Assembly: GCA_041737745.1 (NCBI GenBank)
Contig: JBGSRC010000001.1
Coordinates: forward strand, 18,866-82,865
Source of the DNA: Candidatus Caenarcanales bacterium
GTDB taxonomy: Bacteria; Cyanobacteriota; Vampirovibrionia; Caenarcaniphilales; Caenarcanaceae
Length of the DNA stretch: 64,000 bases
Direction: 5' to 3'
Positions 20,239-30,504 of this stretch are shown one piece after another; position 1 is the stretch's first letter; each line of letters begins with the position of its first letter. A model generated the notes under the pieces. That model did no database searches and was not told where the DNA came from. It was given only the letters and a program-made list of their open reading frames with translations. The position numbers and the translations under genes are program-made.

Positions 20239-21355
20239 ATGGACGAACAAGAACTAAAAAGCACAGCCTCCCTTGCCCGCGAGCGCCTAGAAGCTGCCCG
20301 CGACTTTCTTTGAGCAACGTGGCGTCTTTCAAGAAGTCTCTCTGCTAGAAGCCAGCCTTCAAGATCCCGCTCTCTGGGAAAAGCCCACTGAGCTAGGCCA
20401 AATCAACCGTAAACTCTCCCACCTCAAACAAAAAATCAGTAATCTATCCCTCTGGAACGATCTCTTGGAAGAAATAGATCTAGCGCTTGAGTTGACTGAT
20501 CCAGCTGACTTCCCCAAAATTCTCCCCGACTATTTCACCAAACTAGCCACGATGAACGGCGAAATGGAGCGCTTTGAACTCGAACAGCTGCTTACTGGCA
20601 CTTACGATCAGGCGGCCGCTCTGGTCTCCATAAATGCTGGAGCCGGTGGCACAGACGCTCAAGATTGGGCTGAGATGCTTCTACGCTTGTATTTTCGTTG
20701 GGCTGAACGCCAAAGTTTCACCGTAGAACTACTAGAGAGCTCACCTGGTGAAGAAGCGGGACTGAAATCAGCTAGCTTCAAGGTGATCGGCCTGAACGCC
20801 TTCGGCTTTTTGCGTATGGAAAAAGGAGTGCACCGCCTCGTGCGCAAATCACCCTTCAAATCGAGCGGAGACAGTAGGCAGACTAGCTTTGCTGGGCTTG
20901 AGGTTTCGCCTATTTTGCCGGATCTAGCGCATGAGATCGAGCTGAAAGATGATGATCTAGAAGTCTCTACGATGCGCTCTGGGGGAGCTGGTGGCCAAAA
21001 CGTTAACAAAGTGGAGACGGCTGTCCGGATCAAACATATCCCTACGGGTATTAGCATTCGTTGCGATCAGGAGCGTAGTCAGCTCCAGAACAGGGAGAGG
21101 GCTTTGGATATGATCCGTTCGAAGTTATTATTGCTCAAGATCGAGGCTAGGGAAAAAGAGATAGCGTCTATCAAGGGGAAGTCTGGGTCAGCTGGTTTCG
21201 GATCTGATCAGGTGATTCGTTCTTATGTTTTGGATGAGGGTCGGATTAAAGATCCTCTTACTAAGGCTGAGACGCGTGACACGCAACGGGTCTTGGATGG
21301 TGAGGTGATGGATTTTATTTTTGCTCGTTTGAAGTATTTTGCTTCGCAAAGCTGA
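20239..21355 (+). CDS. prfB: Peptide chain release factor 2 with programmed +1 ribosomal frameshift
   Basis: Frame 0: ATG 20239 ...ARDFL then CTT TGA at 20308..20313. The +1 frame continues from 20312 ([15 protein letters not shown]...) into the listed ORF 20465..21355, which carries the SPF and GGQ motifs. Classic RF2 autoregulatory frameshift site. Confidence 0.85.
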
Positions 21356-21397
21356 CAAAGCTAAGCCTTGCACTTGCGGTTAGGGAAGTTTAGTTCT

Positions 21398-21419
21398 TTA
21401 GGGGACTAGCGTCCCCTAA
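21398..21419. terminator. Perfect GC-rich hairpin (TTAGGGGAC-TAGC-GTCCCCTAA) between convergent prfB and cimA; likely bidirectional terminator
   Basis: 9-bp perfect stem with a 4-nt loop, 43 nt after the prfB stop and 44 nt after the cimA stop. No U-tract on either side. Confidence 0.45.
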
Positions 21420-21462
21420 TACCCCTCTTGAACTTGAGAACATGTGGACTCACGGTAAGCGC

Positions 21463-23043
21463 TCAGCCTTGGACAAAACGAAATAAGCCATACTCCACAC
21501 TCTCACTGATAGCCCAAAAGGTCGCCTGCAAAATATTTTCATGCACCCCAACAGTGATCCAAGTATCACCCCGAAAATCCATCTCAACGCTGACCCTAGT
21601 CTTAGCCGCCGTCCCATCCTGACTATCGACGACCCTGACTTTGAAGTCAGTTAGCTTGAAGTCTTTGAGCGGCGCGTAATAGTTAGCTAAAACCTTGCGC
21701 AGAGCACTATCGAGAGCATGCCCCGGTCCTACCCCTAGACTGGCCGTATGAAATATATCTTCGCCGACACGTACCCGCACAGTGGCCTCAGCTGAGGTGT
21801 CCAGCGTGGAGAGCACCCGAAAATCCAAAACCTCAAAGAAACTTGGCTTGATCCCCAACTCCCCCAAAATAAAGAGCGTTAGGCTAGCATCAGCACCTTC
21901 AAATTGATGACCGGAATTTTCTCTTATCTTGATTTTAGTCAAGAGATCTCGGGCTTTTTCGTTGGGATTTGCTCCCAAATCGATCGTATTATCTGTACAA
22001 AATGAAAGCAAATTGCTGATGCCGGATTGTTCACTGACAAGTACTTTGCTGAGATTTCCCACCAGAGCAGGATCGATATGCTCATAAGTGAGCGGATTGC
22101 GGGCCATGGCGCTAGCGTGCAGCCCTCCTTTGTGTGCGAAAGCATAGCGTCCAACGAATGGTTGCCCAGCTTGCGGGTTCATGTTCGCTATCTCTGAGAT
22201 CTTGTGGCTGAGTGCCGTGATCTCACTGAGCTGAGAGGCTTCAATGAGTGGGGCATAGTTTGTCTTCAGCTCTAAGTTGCAAATGATCTGCACTAGATCG
22301 GCGTTCCCACAGCGCTCCCCATAGCCGTTGATTGTCCCTTGGATTTGGATTACACCGGCTTCTACGGCGGCGAGCGAATTTGCGACAGCTAAGCCAGAAT
22401 CGTTGTGTGCGTGAATGCCTAAGGCGACTAAGGGAAAACTCTCTCTGACCGCTTCTATTGTCGTTTTGACCCAAGAAGGAAGTGAGCCTCCGTTCGTGTC
22501 ACAAAGAATCAAACAGTCAGCGCCAGCCTCAGCCGCACTGGCTAGGACTTTGAGGGCATACTCAGGATTGGCTCTGTAGGCGTCAAAGAAATGCTCAGCG
22601 TCAAAGAAAACCTGTCTTTGCTGAGCTTTTAGGTGAGCAATGCTTTCCCGGATCAGTCTTAGATTTTCATCCAGCTCAATCCGCAAAGCTTCTCTAACAT
22701 GAAAATCCCAGCTCTTGCCGACGATAGTGACTGTCTGAGTATTGACGGCAAGTAAAGCTTTTAGCGTTGGGTCTTCAGGCGCCGATGGTGAACCGGCACG
22801 CATCGTTGAGCCGAAAGCAACTAGTTTGTTGCCGGCAGTGGGAAACTTTTGGGCTTGCTCAAAGAAAGCGATGTCTTTCGGGTTCGAGCCTGGCCAGCCG
22901 CCTTCGATATAGGGCACTCCGAAGTCGCTTAAGAGCGAAAAAATTTTTAGCTTGTCGGCTACCGAAAAAGAAATACCCTGCATCTGAGCGCCGTCTCTGA
23001 GGGTCGTATCGTAGATTTGGATTTGGCTATTACTTGGTAGCAT
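21463..23043 (-). CDS. cimA: (R)-citramalate synthase / 2-isopropylmalate synthase family protein (CimA-like)
   Basis: N-terminal IYDTTLRDGAQMQGISFSVADKLKIF...GVPYIEGGWPGSNPKD (DRE-TIM metallolyase), HAHND metal-binding motif, C-terminal LeuA-dimer regulatory domain. 526 aa, typical of CimA. Confidence 0.65.
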   Translation of the reverse strand: MLPSNSQIQIYDTTLRDGAQMQGISFSVADKLKIFSLLSDFGVPYIEGGWPGSNPKDIAFFEQAQKFPTAGNKLVAFGSTMRAGSPSAPEDPTLKALLAVNTQTVTIVGKSWDFHVREALRIELDENLRLIRESIAHLKAQQRQVFFDAEHFFDAYRANPEYALKVLASAAEAGADCLILCDTNGGSLPSWVKTTIEAVRESFPLVALGIHAHNDSGLAVANSLAAVEAGVIQIQGTINGYGERCGNADLVQIICNLELKTNYAPLIEASQLSEITALSHKISEIANMNPQAGQPFVGRYAFAHKGGLHASAMARNPLTYEHIDPALVGNLSKVLVSEQSGISNLLSFCTDNTIDLGANPNEKARDLLTKIKIRENSGHQFEGADASLTLFILGELGIKPSFFEVLDFRVLSTLDTSAEATVRVRVGEDIFHTASLGVGPGHALDSALRKVLANYYAPLKDFKLTDFKVRVVDSQDGTAAKTRVSVEMDFRGDTWITVGVHENILQATFWAISESVEYGLFRFVQG

Positions 23044-24079
23044 TTTTGTAGAGATAAGCGCTGGTTAGGGCTGTGAAGGGAATTGCGGTGATCAGACCGA
23101 TACTACCCACTAGCGAGAAGATGATCTCTTTGATCACGATCTCCGAGTTAAGGAGCAAGAAAGGATCGAATTCGCTCATCAGGATGATTGTAGCGAGAGA
23201 GCTACCGATATAAGCCAGAATCAGCGTGTTGATCATCGTCCCCAAGATATCCCGCCCAATGTTCATGCCGATCTCAAAGAGTTCGCTGAGAGTCTTTTCT
23301 GGAGCGGCTTCATGCACTTCTTGCAGAGCGCTGGCAATAGAAATAGCCACGTCCATAGTTGCTCCCAGAGCCCCGACCAACACACCAGCAGGAATCAGTT
23401 CAGTTAGTTTGATCCCCGGAAACTGATAATAAATACTCTGAAACTCAGGCTCCATCGTGCCACTGAGCTTGGCTAAAGCCACCACCCAAGCCCCAAACAA
23501 CCCAGCTAAAACCACCCCAAAAATAGTCCCCAAACAAGCAGCCAAACTTTTTCGGTTCAGCCCACTGACTAAGGCGATTGTCAGAAACGTAGCTGCCACA
23601 CAAAAGAGACTGAAAACCAGCAAAGGCGAAGCGCCAGTCTTGATCGCCGGAATGACTAGAAAAAAGAGCAAAGATCCTTTGATTGCAAGCGAGAGCAGAG
23701 CGAAGAGACCTTTGGTGCGGCCGACGACTATAACCAGCAAGAGAAAACAGGCAAAGATGAAATAGCTAACCCAGTCGACCTGATGACCTTGAACATAGAT
23801 CATTTCTTCGTCTTCTTCGATCATCACCCTTTCACCGGCTTTGTAGATTTGGCCGGATCCAATGCCCTCTAGGGGTGATTCGCTCAGGGATTCGACTATT
23901 TGGCCGTCGGATTTTTTGAGATTTAAAACTTGTTGTCTGATCTTGCTACCGTCACTGAGCGTGATTTGTCTATCGTCGATCACTTCTATCACCAGAGCGG
24001 GCATCACTTTTGACTCAGCTAGAGCGGGCTGAGCGAGGCAAAAACAGATACAGAGTAGATGAAAGAGAAAGCTCATCAA
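23030..24079 (-). CDS. YibE/F family membrane protein
   Basis: Signal peptide, then a periplasmic segment, then about 8 TM helices with YibE/F-like spacing. 349 aa. Overlaps the cimA start by 14 nt. Confidence 0.45.
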   Translation of the reverse strand: MMSFLFHLLCICFCLAQPALAESKVMPALVIEVIDDRQITLSDGSKIRQQVLNLKKSDGQIVESLSESPLEGIGSGQIYKAGERVMIEEDEEMIYVQGHQVDWVSYFIFACFLLLVIVVGRTKGLFALLSLAIKGSLLFFLVIPAIKTGASPLLVFSLFCVAATFLTIALVSGLNRKSLAACLGTIFGVVLAGLFGAWVVALAKLSGTMEPEFQSIYYQFPGIKLTELIPAGVLVGALGATMDVAISIASALQEVHEAAPEKTLSELFEIGMNIGRDILGTMINTLILAYIGSSLATIILMSEFDPFLLLNSEIVIKEIIFSLVGSIGLITAIPFTALTSAYLYKNATK

Positions 24080-24176
24080 TGGTCATTATGGCAAGCGTTG
24101 ATAGCAGACCTGTGATGTTGCTGATGTGAAGTCTTTAGAACTCTGCTGAGATCTAACGCTGAGGTAGTCAATCAAA

Positions 24177-24255
24177 GGGGAGTTTGAGGGCGATCGCGTA
24201 GCGTGAGTGCAGTGACTAGCTGCCGATATTCTTGCCCTCATTGAAATGATCTCCC
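24177..24255. repeat. Inverted-repeat element of the G-tract family (GGGGAGTTTGAGGGC … GCCCTCATTGAAATGATCTCCC)
   Basis: Left arm at 24177..24191, imperfect right arm at 24234..24255. The internal sequence includes GCGATCGC. Lies upstream of the M16 peptidase gene. Confidence 0.6.
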
Positions 24256-24367
24256 AAAACCTTAAGTGAGTTGAGAAAACATAGTCTCAACTAATCCCTT
24301 GCACTTTACTAACCCAGCCCTCAAAAAGAAATACCAAGATTTCCCCAGAAGACCCTAAAATTTCAAC

Positions 24368-27097
24368 ATGTCTATTAGAGAAACAAAAAAAAGTAAAATA
24401 GTTTTCGCAGCTCTTTTCTTGCTCATAACTCTATTGCTCCCGCCCCAAGCCCAATCTAAACAAGCAATGCAAAATATCACCGAAACAATTCTCCCCAATG
24501 GCCTGAAAGTCCTAATCGAAGAAAACCACCAATCCCCCGTCTTCGCCCAATCGATCTTCTATGACGTCGGCTCAAGGCTCGATCCCAAAGGCCGTAGCGG
24601 CATAGCGCATTATCTCGAGCACATGCAGTTCAATGGCACAGACAAACTCTCTAAAACCGAAATATCATCTGAAATCGAACGCCTAGGTGGCAGCTTCAAT
24701 GCCGCAACCAGCACAGACTATACAGTTTATTATGTGACTATGCCCTCCTCTAGTGAGGGATTAGAGTTTTCACTTCGTCTAGAAGCTGACCGTATGCGCA
24801 ACTCCAAGCTTGACGCTGAAGAAGCCGCCCGCGAAAAGAAAGTGGTGATGACTGAGTTAGCCGGAGGCGAGAACAATCCCTTCACTGTCATTCACCGCCA
24901 GACCATGAAAGCGCTCTATCCAGAGCATCCCTATGGCATCCCGATCATCGGTTGGCCGAACGAAATAGAGGCGACCACACCAGCCGATCTGAAAGCTTTT
25001 TACGATAATTTTTACCAACCGGATAACGCAACACTCGTTCTCAGCGGCGATCTGGATACAGCCAAGACTATGGAGCTAGTCAAAAAATACTTTGGGGGGC
25101 TTCCAAAACCGAGCAGAGTGCTAAATAAAAGCACAGTTCAGCTGAAAAACAATTCTGATAAACAAACAGAATCGCGTAAAGTCCAAGTAAAAATCCCCAG
25201 CGAAAGCAATCTCTTGATCTATGCTTGGGACACAGTGAACTTTGCTCACCCAGACTACGTTTCGCTCTCCGTGGTGGCAAGCGTCTTGGCTGGTGGAAAA
25301 CTGAGCAGACTGGAAAAAGCTCTGGTGGAAACTGGCCTAGCCAGTTATGTTGGCGCTAATCTCAGACAAGGAAAAGAAGATTTTGCCTTTTCGATCATCG
25401 TTGCCACTGATAGGCAAGGCGATCTCCAAAAAATAGGCTCAGTGATCGAGAGAGAACTAGCTAAGCTTATCGCCGAAGGAGCCAGTCCTGAAGAGCTAGC
25501 AAGAGTAAAAGCAAAAGCGGAGACCGGTTTCATCTTCGGTCTAGAAGAGCCCTCGGGTATGGCCAGCCAGCTTGGTTCTTTTGAGGTGGTAGGAGGAGAC
25601 TGGAGACGCACTTACGGTTGGCTCGAAGAGCTGAAGCAAATGCCCCTTGCAGCCGTTCAGACTGCTGCCAAAAAATATTTAGACCCGAACAGAGCAGTGA
25701 TCGGAGAGCTCAATGGCGAACCCGGAGGAGCAGAGTTACTCGATCCGAGCGCTGCTGGTGGTGTTCAGCACTATAAGCCTGTCACAGATACCCCAAGGGC
25801 AGCCCAGTCTGTTAGCTACAAAGTCGACTTTAGCGATCAAAAGCTAGCCAATGGTCTACGCCTGATCCATCGCGAGAACGCTCAGTTGCCCATAATAGCG
25901 ATCAGTGCCACCGTAGATGCTGGCGAAGGAATGGCTGAGGCTGGATCGGAATTGATTCCAACACTCGCCGCCATGATGCTCGAAAGAGGCACTAAGACTA
26001 GAAGCAAAGACCAATTGAATATCGAGCTCGAAAACATCGGTGCCGAGCTTTCTGTGGAGAGTAGCGAGGACTTTTTGCATTTCACGATGAAAGGTCGCGC
26101 CGAAGACTTTGAGGCTTTGGTGGATATTTTGGCTGATGTGATCAGCAGTCCAAGCTTCCCCGAAGAAGAGCTCAAAACGCTTAAAGTCCAGCTTCTTTCA
26201 GAGATCGAACAGGGCAAAGATGAACCCGGTAGCCTTGCCCGCACTGCGCTTTACAAATCGATCCTCGACAAAGACCATCCCTATCGTGCGCTCAGTCCCG
26301 ATGAAGAGATTGCTCGTGTGCAGCAAATCACCACAGCAGATCTCAGTCAGTTTCACACTGATTTCATCAATCAACCAGCTAGCATGATCGTTTCTCTCTC
26401 AGGAGCCGTGAGTGCCAGCGAGGCTGAGCGAGTCTTTTCCGCAAAAATCAAGAAAAGTGACAAAGCAGGCAAAGCCAAAGACCCCTTCAAGCAAGACCGC
26501 TCAGCTCTTATCAGCAAGAAAGCAACAACAGTGCAAGCAGAGCTACCGGGAAAATCGCAAGCAATTGTCATGCTCGGCCAATATGTTCCCGTCGATCGTT
26601 CCTCAGACGAATATTACGCCATGCTGCTGGCCAACGAAGTGCTAGGTGGCGGCAGTACGCTTGCTTCCCTGCTCGGCAAAGAAGTGCGTGAAGAGAACGG
26701 CTTGGTTTATTCGATCTATTCCAGTCTGCATTCTTCTAGGGCTGCTGGTCCTTTTACGATCAAGATGGGCATTGCCACGGAAAACATCCCTAAGGCCGTT
26801 GCGCTCAGCAAGCAATGTTTGAAAGAGCTGATTGCTGGTGAATTCTCAGGCGCTGATCTGGAGCGGGCTAAGAGTCATCGGATCGGGGCTTTTATTTCAC
26901 GCATTCTCACCACCAATGCTGCTGTCGCTTCATCGCTAAATTATTACGCCATCTGGGGCTTGCCTTTGGAGACTATTAACGAATATCCTGAGCTCATTTC
27001 GGCTGTAGACAAGCAACAGGTCACTGCAGTCAGCAAAAAACATCTCAATCCTGAGGCTCTCTCTATGTCTGTCTACAAGCCTGCTAGCAAAAAATGA
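24368..27097 (+). CDS. Tandem M16 family zinc metallopeptidase (pitrilysin/insulinase-like)
   Basis: Signal peptide, inverted zinc motif HYLEHMQFNGT (HxxEH) plus a downstream E, and two full M16 units fused in 909 aa. Confidence 0.75.
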   Translation: MSIRETKKSKIVFAALFLLITLLLPPQAQSKQAMQNITETILPNGLKVLIEENHQSPVFAQSIFYDVGSRLDPKGRSGIAHYLEHMQFNGTDKLSKTEISSEIERLGGSFNAATSTDYTVYYVTMPSSSEGLEFSLRLEADRMRNSKLDAEEAAREKKVVMTELAGGENNPFTVIHRQTMKALYPEHPYGIPIIGWPNEIEATTPADLKAFYDNFYQPDNATLVLSGDLDTAKTMELVKKYFGGLPKPSRVLNKSTVQLKNNSDKQTESRKVQVKIPSESNLLIYAWDTVNFAHPDYVSLSVVASVLAGGKLSRLEKALVETGLASYVGANLRQGKEDFAFSIIVATDRQGDLQKIGSVIERELAKLIAEGASPEELARVKAKAETGFIFGLEEPSGMASQLGSFEVVGGDWRRTYGWLEELKQMPLAAVQTAAKKYLDPNRAVIGELNGEPGGAELLDPSAAGGVQHYKPVTDTPRAAQSVSYKVDFSDQKLANGLRLIHRENAQLPIIAISATVDAGEGMAEAGSELIPTLAAMMLERGTKTRSKDQLNIELENIGAELSVESSEDFLHFTMKGRAEDFEALVDILADVISSPSFPEEELKTLKVQLLSEIEQGKDEPGSLARTALYKSILDKDHPYRALSPDEEIARVQQITTADLSQFHTDFINQPASMIVSLSGAVSASEAERVFSAKIKKSDKAGKAKDPFKQDRSALISKKATTVQAELPGKSQAIVMLGQYVPVDRSSDEYYAMLLANEVLGGGSTLASLLGKEVREENGLVYSIYSSLHSSRAAGPFTIKMGIATENIPKAVALSKQCLKELIAGEFSGADLERAKSHRIGAFISRILTTNAAVASSLNYYAIWGLPLETINEYPELISAVDKQQVTAVSKKHLNPEALSMSVYKPASKK

Positions 27098-27507
27098 ATT
27101 TTAAATTGAACATTTCTGATCTTGGGCTTCTTTTGATTCGGGTGATGGTAGGAGTGATGTTTATTTTCGTTCATGGTTACCCAAAGCTAGCCTCTGGGAT
27201 GGGTGATTGGGCTAAGCTCGGTTCTGTGCTCGTCTCTTTGGGGGTCTTGTGGCCACCGGCTGCTTTTTGGGGGTTTTGTGCGGCTTTGACTGAGGCGCTC
27301 GGTGGATTATTGTTTTTCTTGGGGCTTTTTACTAGACCTGTTGCTTGTTTGCTTTTTGTGGTGATGGTTGTGGCTGTTATTTTCCACTTTAAGGCTGGTG
27401 AGGGTTTGGCTGAGGCTTCTCATGCCATTGAATTGGCGGGAGTATTTTTGGGGTTTAGTTTTGTGGGGGCTGGGGCTTATAGCTTGGATCAGGGCGGCGG
27501 AAAATAG
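27094..27507 (+). CDS. DoxX family membrane protein
   Basis: 137 aa with 4 TM helices (LLLIRVMVGVMFIFVHGYPKL) typical of DoxX. ATGA overlap with the M16 gene. Confidence 0.55.
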   Translation: MNFKLNISDLGLLLIRVMVGVMFIFVHGYPKLASGMGDWAKLGSVLVSLGVLWPPAAFWGFCAALTEALGGLLFFLGLFTRPVACLLFVVMVVAVIFHFKAGEGLAEASHAIELAGVFLGFSFVGAGAYSLDQGGGK

Positions 27508-27578
27508 CTTGAGGCTTGAAGTCCAAAAAGCAGCGGAGTCTGCCAAGAAAGTTATCAGTGAAACAACTGGGTCAAGAC

Positions 27579-28331
27579 TCAGCCTTGTTGTTCGGAAAGC
27601 ATAAAGTCTTTGTAAGCAGCAACCACCTCTTCTGGCTTGCCGTCAAGGCGCAAAATACCCCGATCAATCCAGAGACATCGTTGGCAAAATCGCAAAACGT
27701 CATCGAGATTGTGCGTCACAAGGATCAAGGTGACATTTCCCCGAGAAATTAATTGGTGCAGCTTCTTCAGGCATTTTTGCTGAAAAGCAATGTCACCGAC
27801 AGAAAGCACCTCATCAATCAACAAAATCTCCGGGTCAGCCTGCACAGCAATGGAAAAAGCAAGCCTAGTGAGCATCCCCGCCGAATAAGTGCGCACCTGC
27901 TCATCGATTTTACCCTCTAGCTCACTGAACTCAATGATCTCATCAGTCTTAGAAGCAAGATGGGCATTGCTCATCCCAAAAAGACTACCGTTGAGCGAAA
28001 TATTTTCCCGTCCAGAAAAATCTGGATGAAAACCAGCCCCAAGCTCAAGCATCGAAGTGATTTTCCCCTTGAGCGTTATTGAGCCCGAACTGGGAAAAGT
28101 GATCCCCGCAATCATCTTCAAAAGAGTGCTCTTGCCCGAGCCATTGCGCCCAATAATAGCGACGCTTTCACCGGTCTTAAAACTGAGACTGAGTGGGGCC
28201 AGACTGGGGCCAGCCGGTTTGTTCTTTTTGCGCAGACCTTTGGCGAAAAGCTCTCTAAGCACTGTAGCGTCAAGACTACGGTGATAGGTTTTGCTAGCAG
28301 CAGTGAGCTCAAGGATGATAGTTTCGTTCAT
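27579..28331 (-). CDS. ABC transporter ATP-binding protein, polysaccharide/polyol-phosphate export type (Wzt/KpsT/TagH-like, short form)
   Basis: Walker A GRNGSGKSTLLK, an LSGG-like signature, Walker B ILLIDE. Paired with an upstream ABC-2 permease. 250 aa. Confidence 0.75.
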   Translation of the reverse strand: MNETIILELTAASKTYHRSLDATVLRELFAKGLRKKNKPAGPSLAPLSLSFKTGESVAIIGRNGSGKSTLLKMIAGITFPSSGSITLKGKITSMLELGAGFHPDFSGRENISLNGSLFGMSNAHLASKTDEIIEFSELEGKIDEQVRTYSAGMLTRLAFSIAVQADPEILLIDEVLSVGDIAFQQKCLKKLHQLISRGNVTLILVTHNLDDVLRFCQRCLWIDRGILRLDGKPEEVVAAYKDFMLSEQQG

Positions 28332-29146
28332 ATTAGATCGGAAATCTCGGGCTGAACACGTCTAAAAAGATAATGGCAAACCAAATACCAGAGCACATTG
28401 GCGCCCAAGCAAAGCCCAAAGTTAGTCCAGTTGGGGTGCGAAGCACTATAGAGCACATCACGGTAAAGCCCGATGAGAATAGCAATTGGTTGATTGGCAA
28501 TGATCAAAGCGAACTTCTCTGAAACCTGCGTCGGCAAATAAAGTACGGGAGTCAAGAAGAAAAGGAGCGAGATCAACGTGTTCATGATCACCCCCAAATC
28601 ACGCACCAAAACGCCCAAAGCGGAAAGCAAAAGCCCAGAACTATAGAGAAAAAGACAATGCAAAGCCACAACAGGCAAAAACCAGAGCAACTCAAAACTA
28701 AAGCGCTGTCCCTGCCAAATAATAAAAGGCAAAATAAAAGCGCAAGTGATTAGAAAATTGATCAGTCCTGAAAGGACAAGAGAAATGACCAGCACTTCTT
28801 TTGGCAAATAGACTTTTCCCAAGACATTAGCGTTTTGCCAGAGGACATCAGAAGCGCGTGTAAAGAGCTGAGCCGTGAAAAACCAAGGAATCAAGCCGCT
28901 AAAGATATAACTGAGATAGTTGGGGATACTATCCCTGCTGATTCTAGAGAAGACAAAGTAATAGATGAGCATGGTCAGGAGCGGATTTAGCAAGTTCCAA
29001 AGCACGCCTAGTATAGAGCTTCGATATCGCATCTCGAGCTCACGCTGGGTCCAGTTCAGCAAAAAGCTGCGATAAGACCAAAGTTCTCGGTAAATAGCTA
29101 GTAGATTGAAATTGGGCTTGCTGTCTCTGAGGGTGATTTGGCTCAT
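28328..29146 (-). CDS. ABC-2 type transporter permease (Wzm/KpsM/TagG-like)
   Basis: 272 aa with 6 TM helices. 4-nt overlaps with the ATPase gene and with manB. Confidence 0.65.
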   Translation of the reverse strand: MSQITLRDSKPNFNLLAIYRELWSYRSFLLNWTQRELEMRYRSSILGVLWNLLNPLLTMLIYYFVFSRISRDSIPNYLSYIFSGLIPWFFTAQLFTRASDVLWQNANVLGKVYLPKEVLVISLVLSGLINFLITCAFILPFIIWQGQRFSFELLWFLPVVALHCLFLYSSGLLLSALGVLVRDLGVIMNTLISLLFFLTPVLYLPTQVSEKFALIIANQPIAILIGLYRDVLYSASHPNWTNFGLCLGANVLWYLVCHYLFRRVQPEISDLI

Positions 29147-30504
29147 AAATGCCCCTCGATTAGAGCGCTCAATGTCTTTGTGTGAGAGCTAAGTGAGTCT
29201 GGGTCAGCTGCTTCCACGTTCAAGCGCAGATAAGGCTCAGTGCCACCGGGTCTCAGATTGAAGCGCCAATTTTCACCGCTCATACTAAGTCCGTCCAGAT
29301 GACAGACTTTCAGACCGGCCAGTTTTGCTTCGATCTCTCTCAAGATCCTCACCGGCTCGCCCGTGAGCGGGAAACTGATCTCGCCGCTGGCAAAATATTT
29401 GCAATAAGGAGCTATCAGTTCACTCAGTGGCTGTTTGCTCTGAGCGAGCAGCTTGAGCACTAACAAAGAGGCTAGAAGAGCGGAATCAGCACAAAAAGTA
29501 GCCCGAAAATAAAAATGCCCCGATAGTTCACCGCCAAAGACAGCGCCGCTTTCTTTGAGCAGTTTTTTCATGTGTGAGTGACCGACTTTGCCTTTGAGGG
29601 GCTTGCCTCCAGCGGCCAAGATGCTTTCAGGGACTATCGAAGAGCTTCTGTTATCGTAAATAATCCCCGCGCCAGGCTCTTGTTTCAGAAAAGTAGCAGC
29701 GAGCAAAGCCGTGATCAGATCGCAAGAAATATACTGACCGCGCTCGTCTAGAAAGACACAACGATCGCCGTCACCGTCAAAAGCAACGCCAAAAGCACAG
29801 TTTTTCGCTCTTACCAGCTCACCCAAAGCGAGTAGATTCGCGCTCTTCATCGGGTCTGGATCGTGGTTGGGAAAGCTCCCATCTGTCTCCCAATAAAGCC
29901 TTTGGGCTTTTAGTGCGGGAAGCTGAGCGCAGAGGTTTTCTAGTTCCGGTCCCATCACACCATTGCTGGCATCTATTGCCACTAGCGGCAAATCACCTTC
30001 TGGGAGGCCAACTAAGTCTAATACAAATTCTAAATATTTTTGTTGCTCTTTACTGCAGTCTAGTTGAAGTCGCTCTCCACCCTCTGGAGGAAGATCAGAA
30101 GCGGCGACCAGCTTCTCTTCGACTAGCTTCAGGCCACCGTCATAGTCTATTGGTCTAGCACCGGCTACGCTCACCTTGAGACCATTGTAGCGAGCAGGAT
30201 TGTGCGAGGCCGTCACTTGCAAGCTTCCGTCACAGCTATGGGTGACATTGGCCCAGTAGTTCATCGGTGTAGAAGCGACGCCCAGATCTAAGACGATGCA
30301 GCCTGCCCGCCTCAGGCCTCTAGTGACAGCTTCACTGAGCTGAGGTGAATGAAGGCGCACGTCGCGGCTTAGTAGTATTTTGGCTTTGGGGGGATAAAGC
30401 TCTAGGGCTATTGTATAGGCGATTCTTTCCAGCAAATCAGCGTCCAGCTCAGTGCCATAGACCCCTCTGACATCGTATTGGCGGAAGACAGGAAGTTTGC
30501 TCAT
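29143..30504 (-). CDS. manB: Phosphomannomutase/phosphoglucomutase
   Basis: Active-site phosphoserine loop VTASHNPARYNGLK. Four-domain PGM/PMM architecture, 453 aa. Confidence 0.8.
   Translation of the reverse strand: MSKLPVFRQYDVRGVYGTELDADLLERIAYTIALELYPPKAKILLSRDVRLHSPQLSEAVTRGLRRAGCIVLDLGVASTPMNYWANVTHSCDGSLQVTASHNPARYNGLKVSVAGARPIDYDGGLKLVEEKLVAASDLPPEGGERLQLDCSKEQQKYLEFVLDLVGLPEGDLPLVAIDASNGVMGPELENLCAQLPALKAQRLYWETDGSFPNHDPDPMKSANLLALGELVRAKNCAFGVAFDGDGDRCVFLDERGQYISCDLITALLAATFLKQEPGAGIIYDNRSSSIVPESILAAGGKPLKGKVGHSHMKKLLKESGAVFGGELSGHFYFRATFCADSALLASLLVLKLLAQSKQPLSELIAPYCKYFASGEISFPLTGEPVRILREIEAKLAGLKVCHLDGLSMSGENWRFNLRPGGTEPYLRLNVEAADPDSLSSHTKTLSALIEGHL

Noticed and set aside
24190-24197. 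GCGATCGC (cyanobacterial HIP1) inside the repeat element
   Set aside because: Only a single exact occurrence in 64 kb. HIP1 would be expected many times in a cyanobacterial genome, so it gives no support for that lineage assignment.
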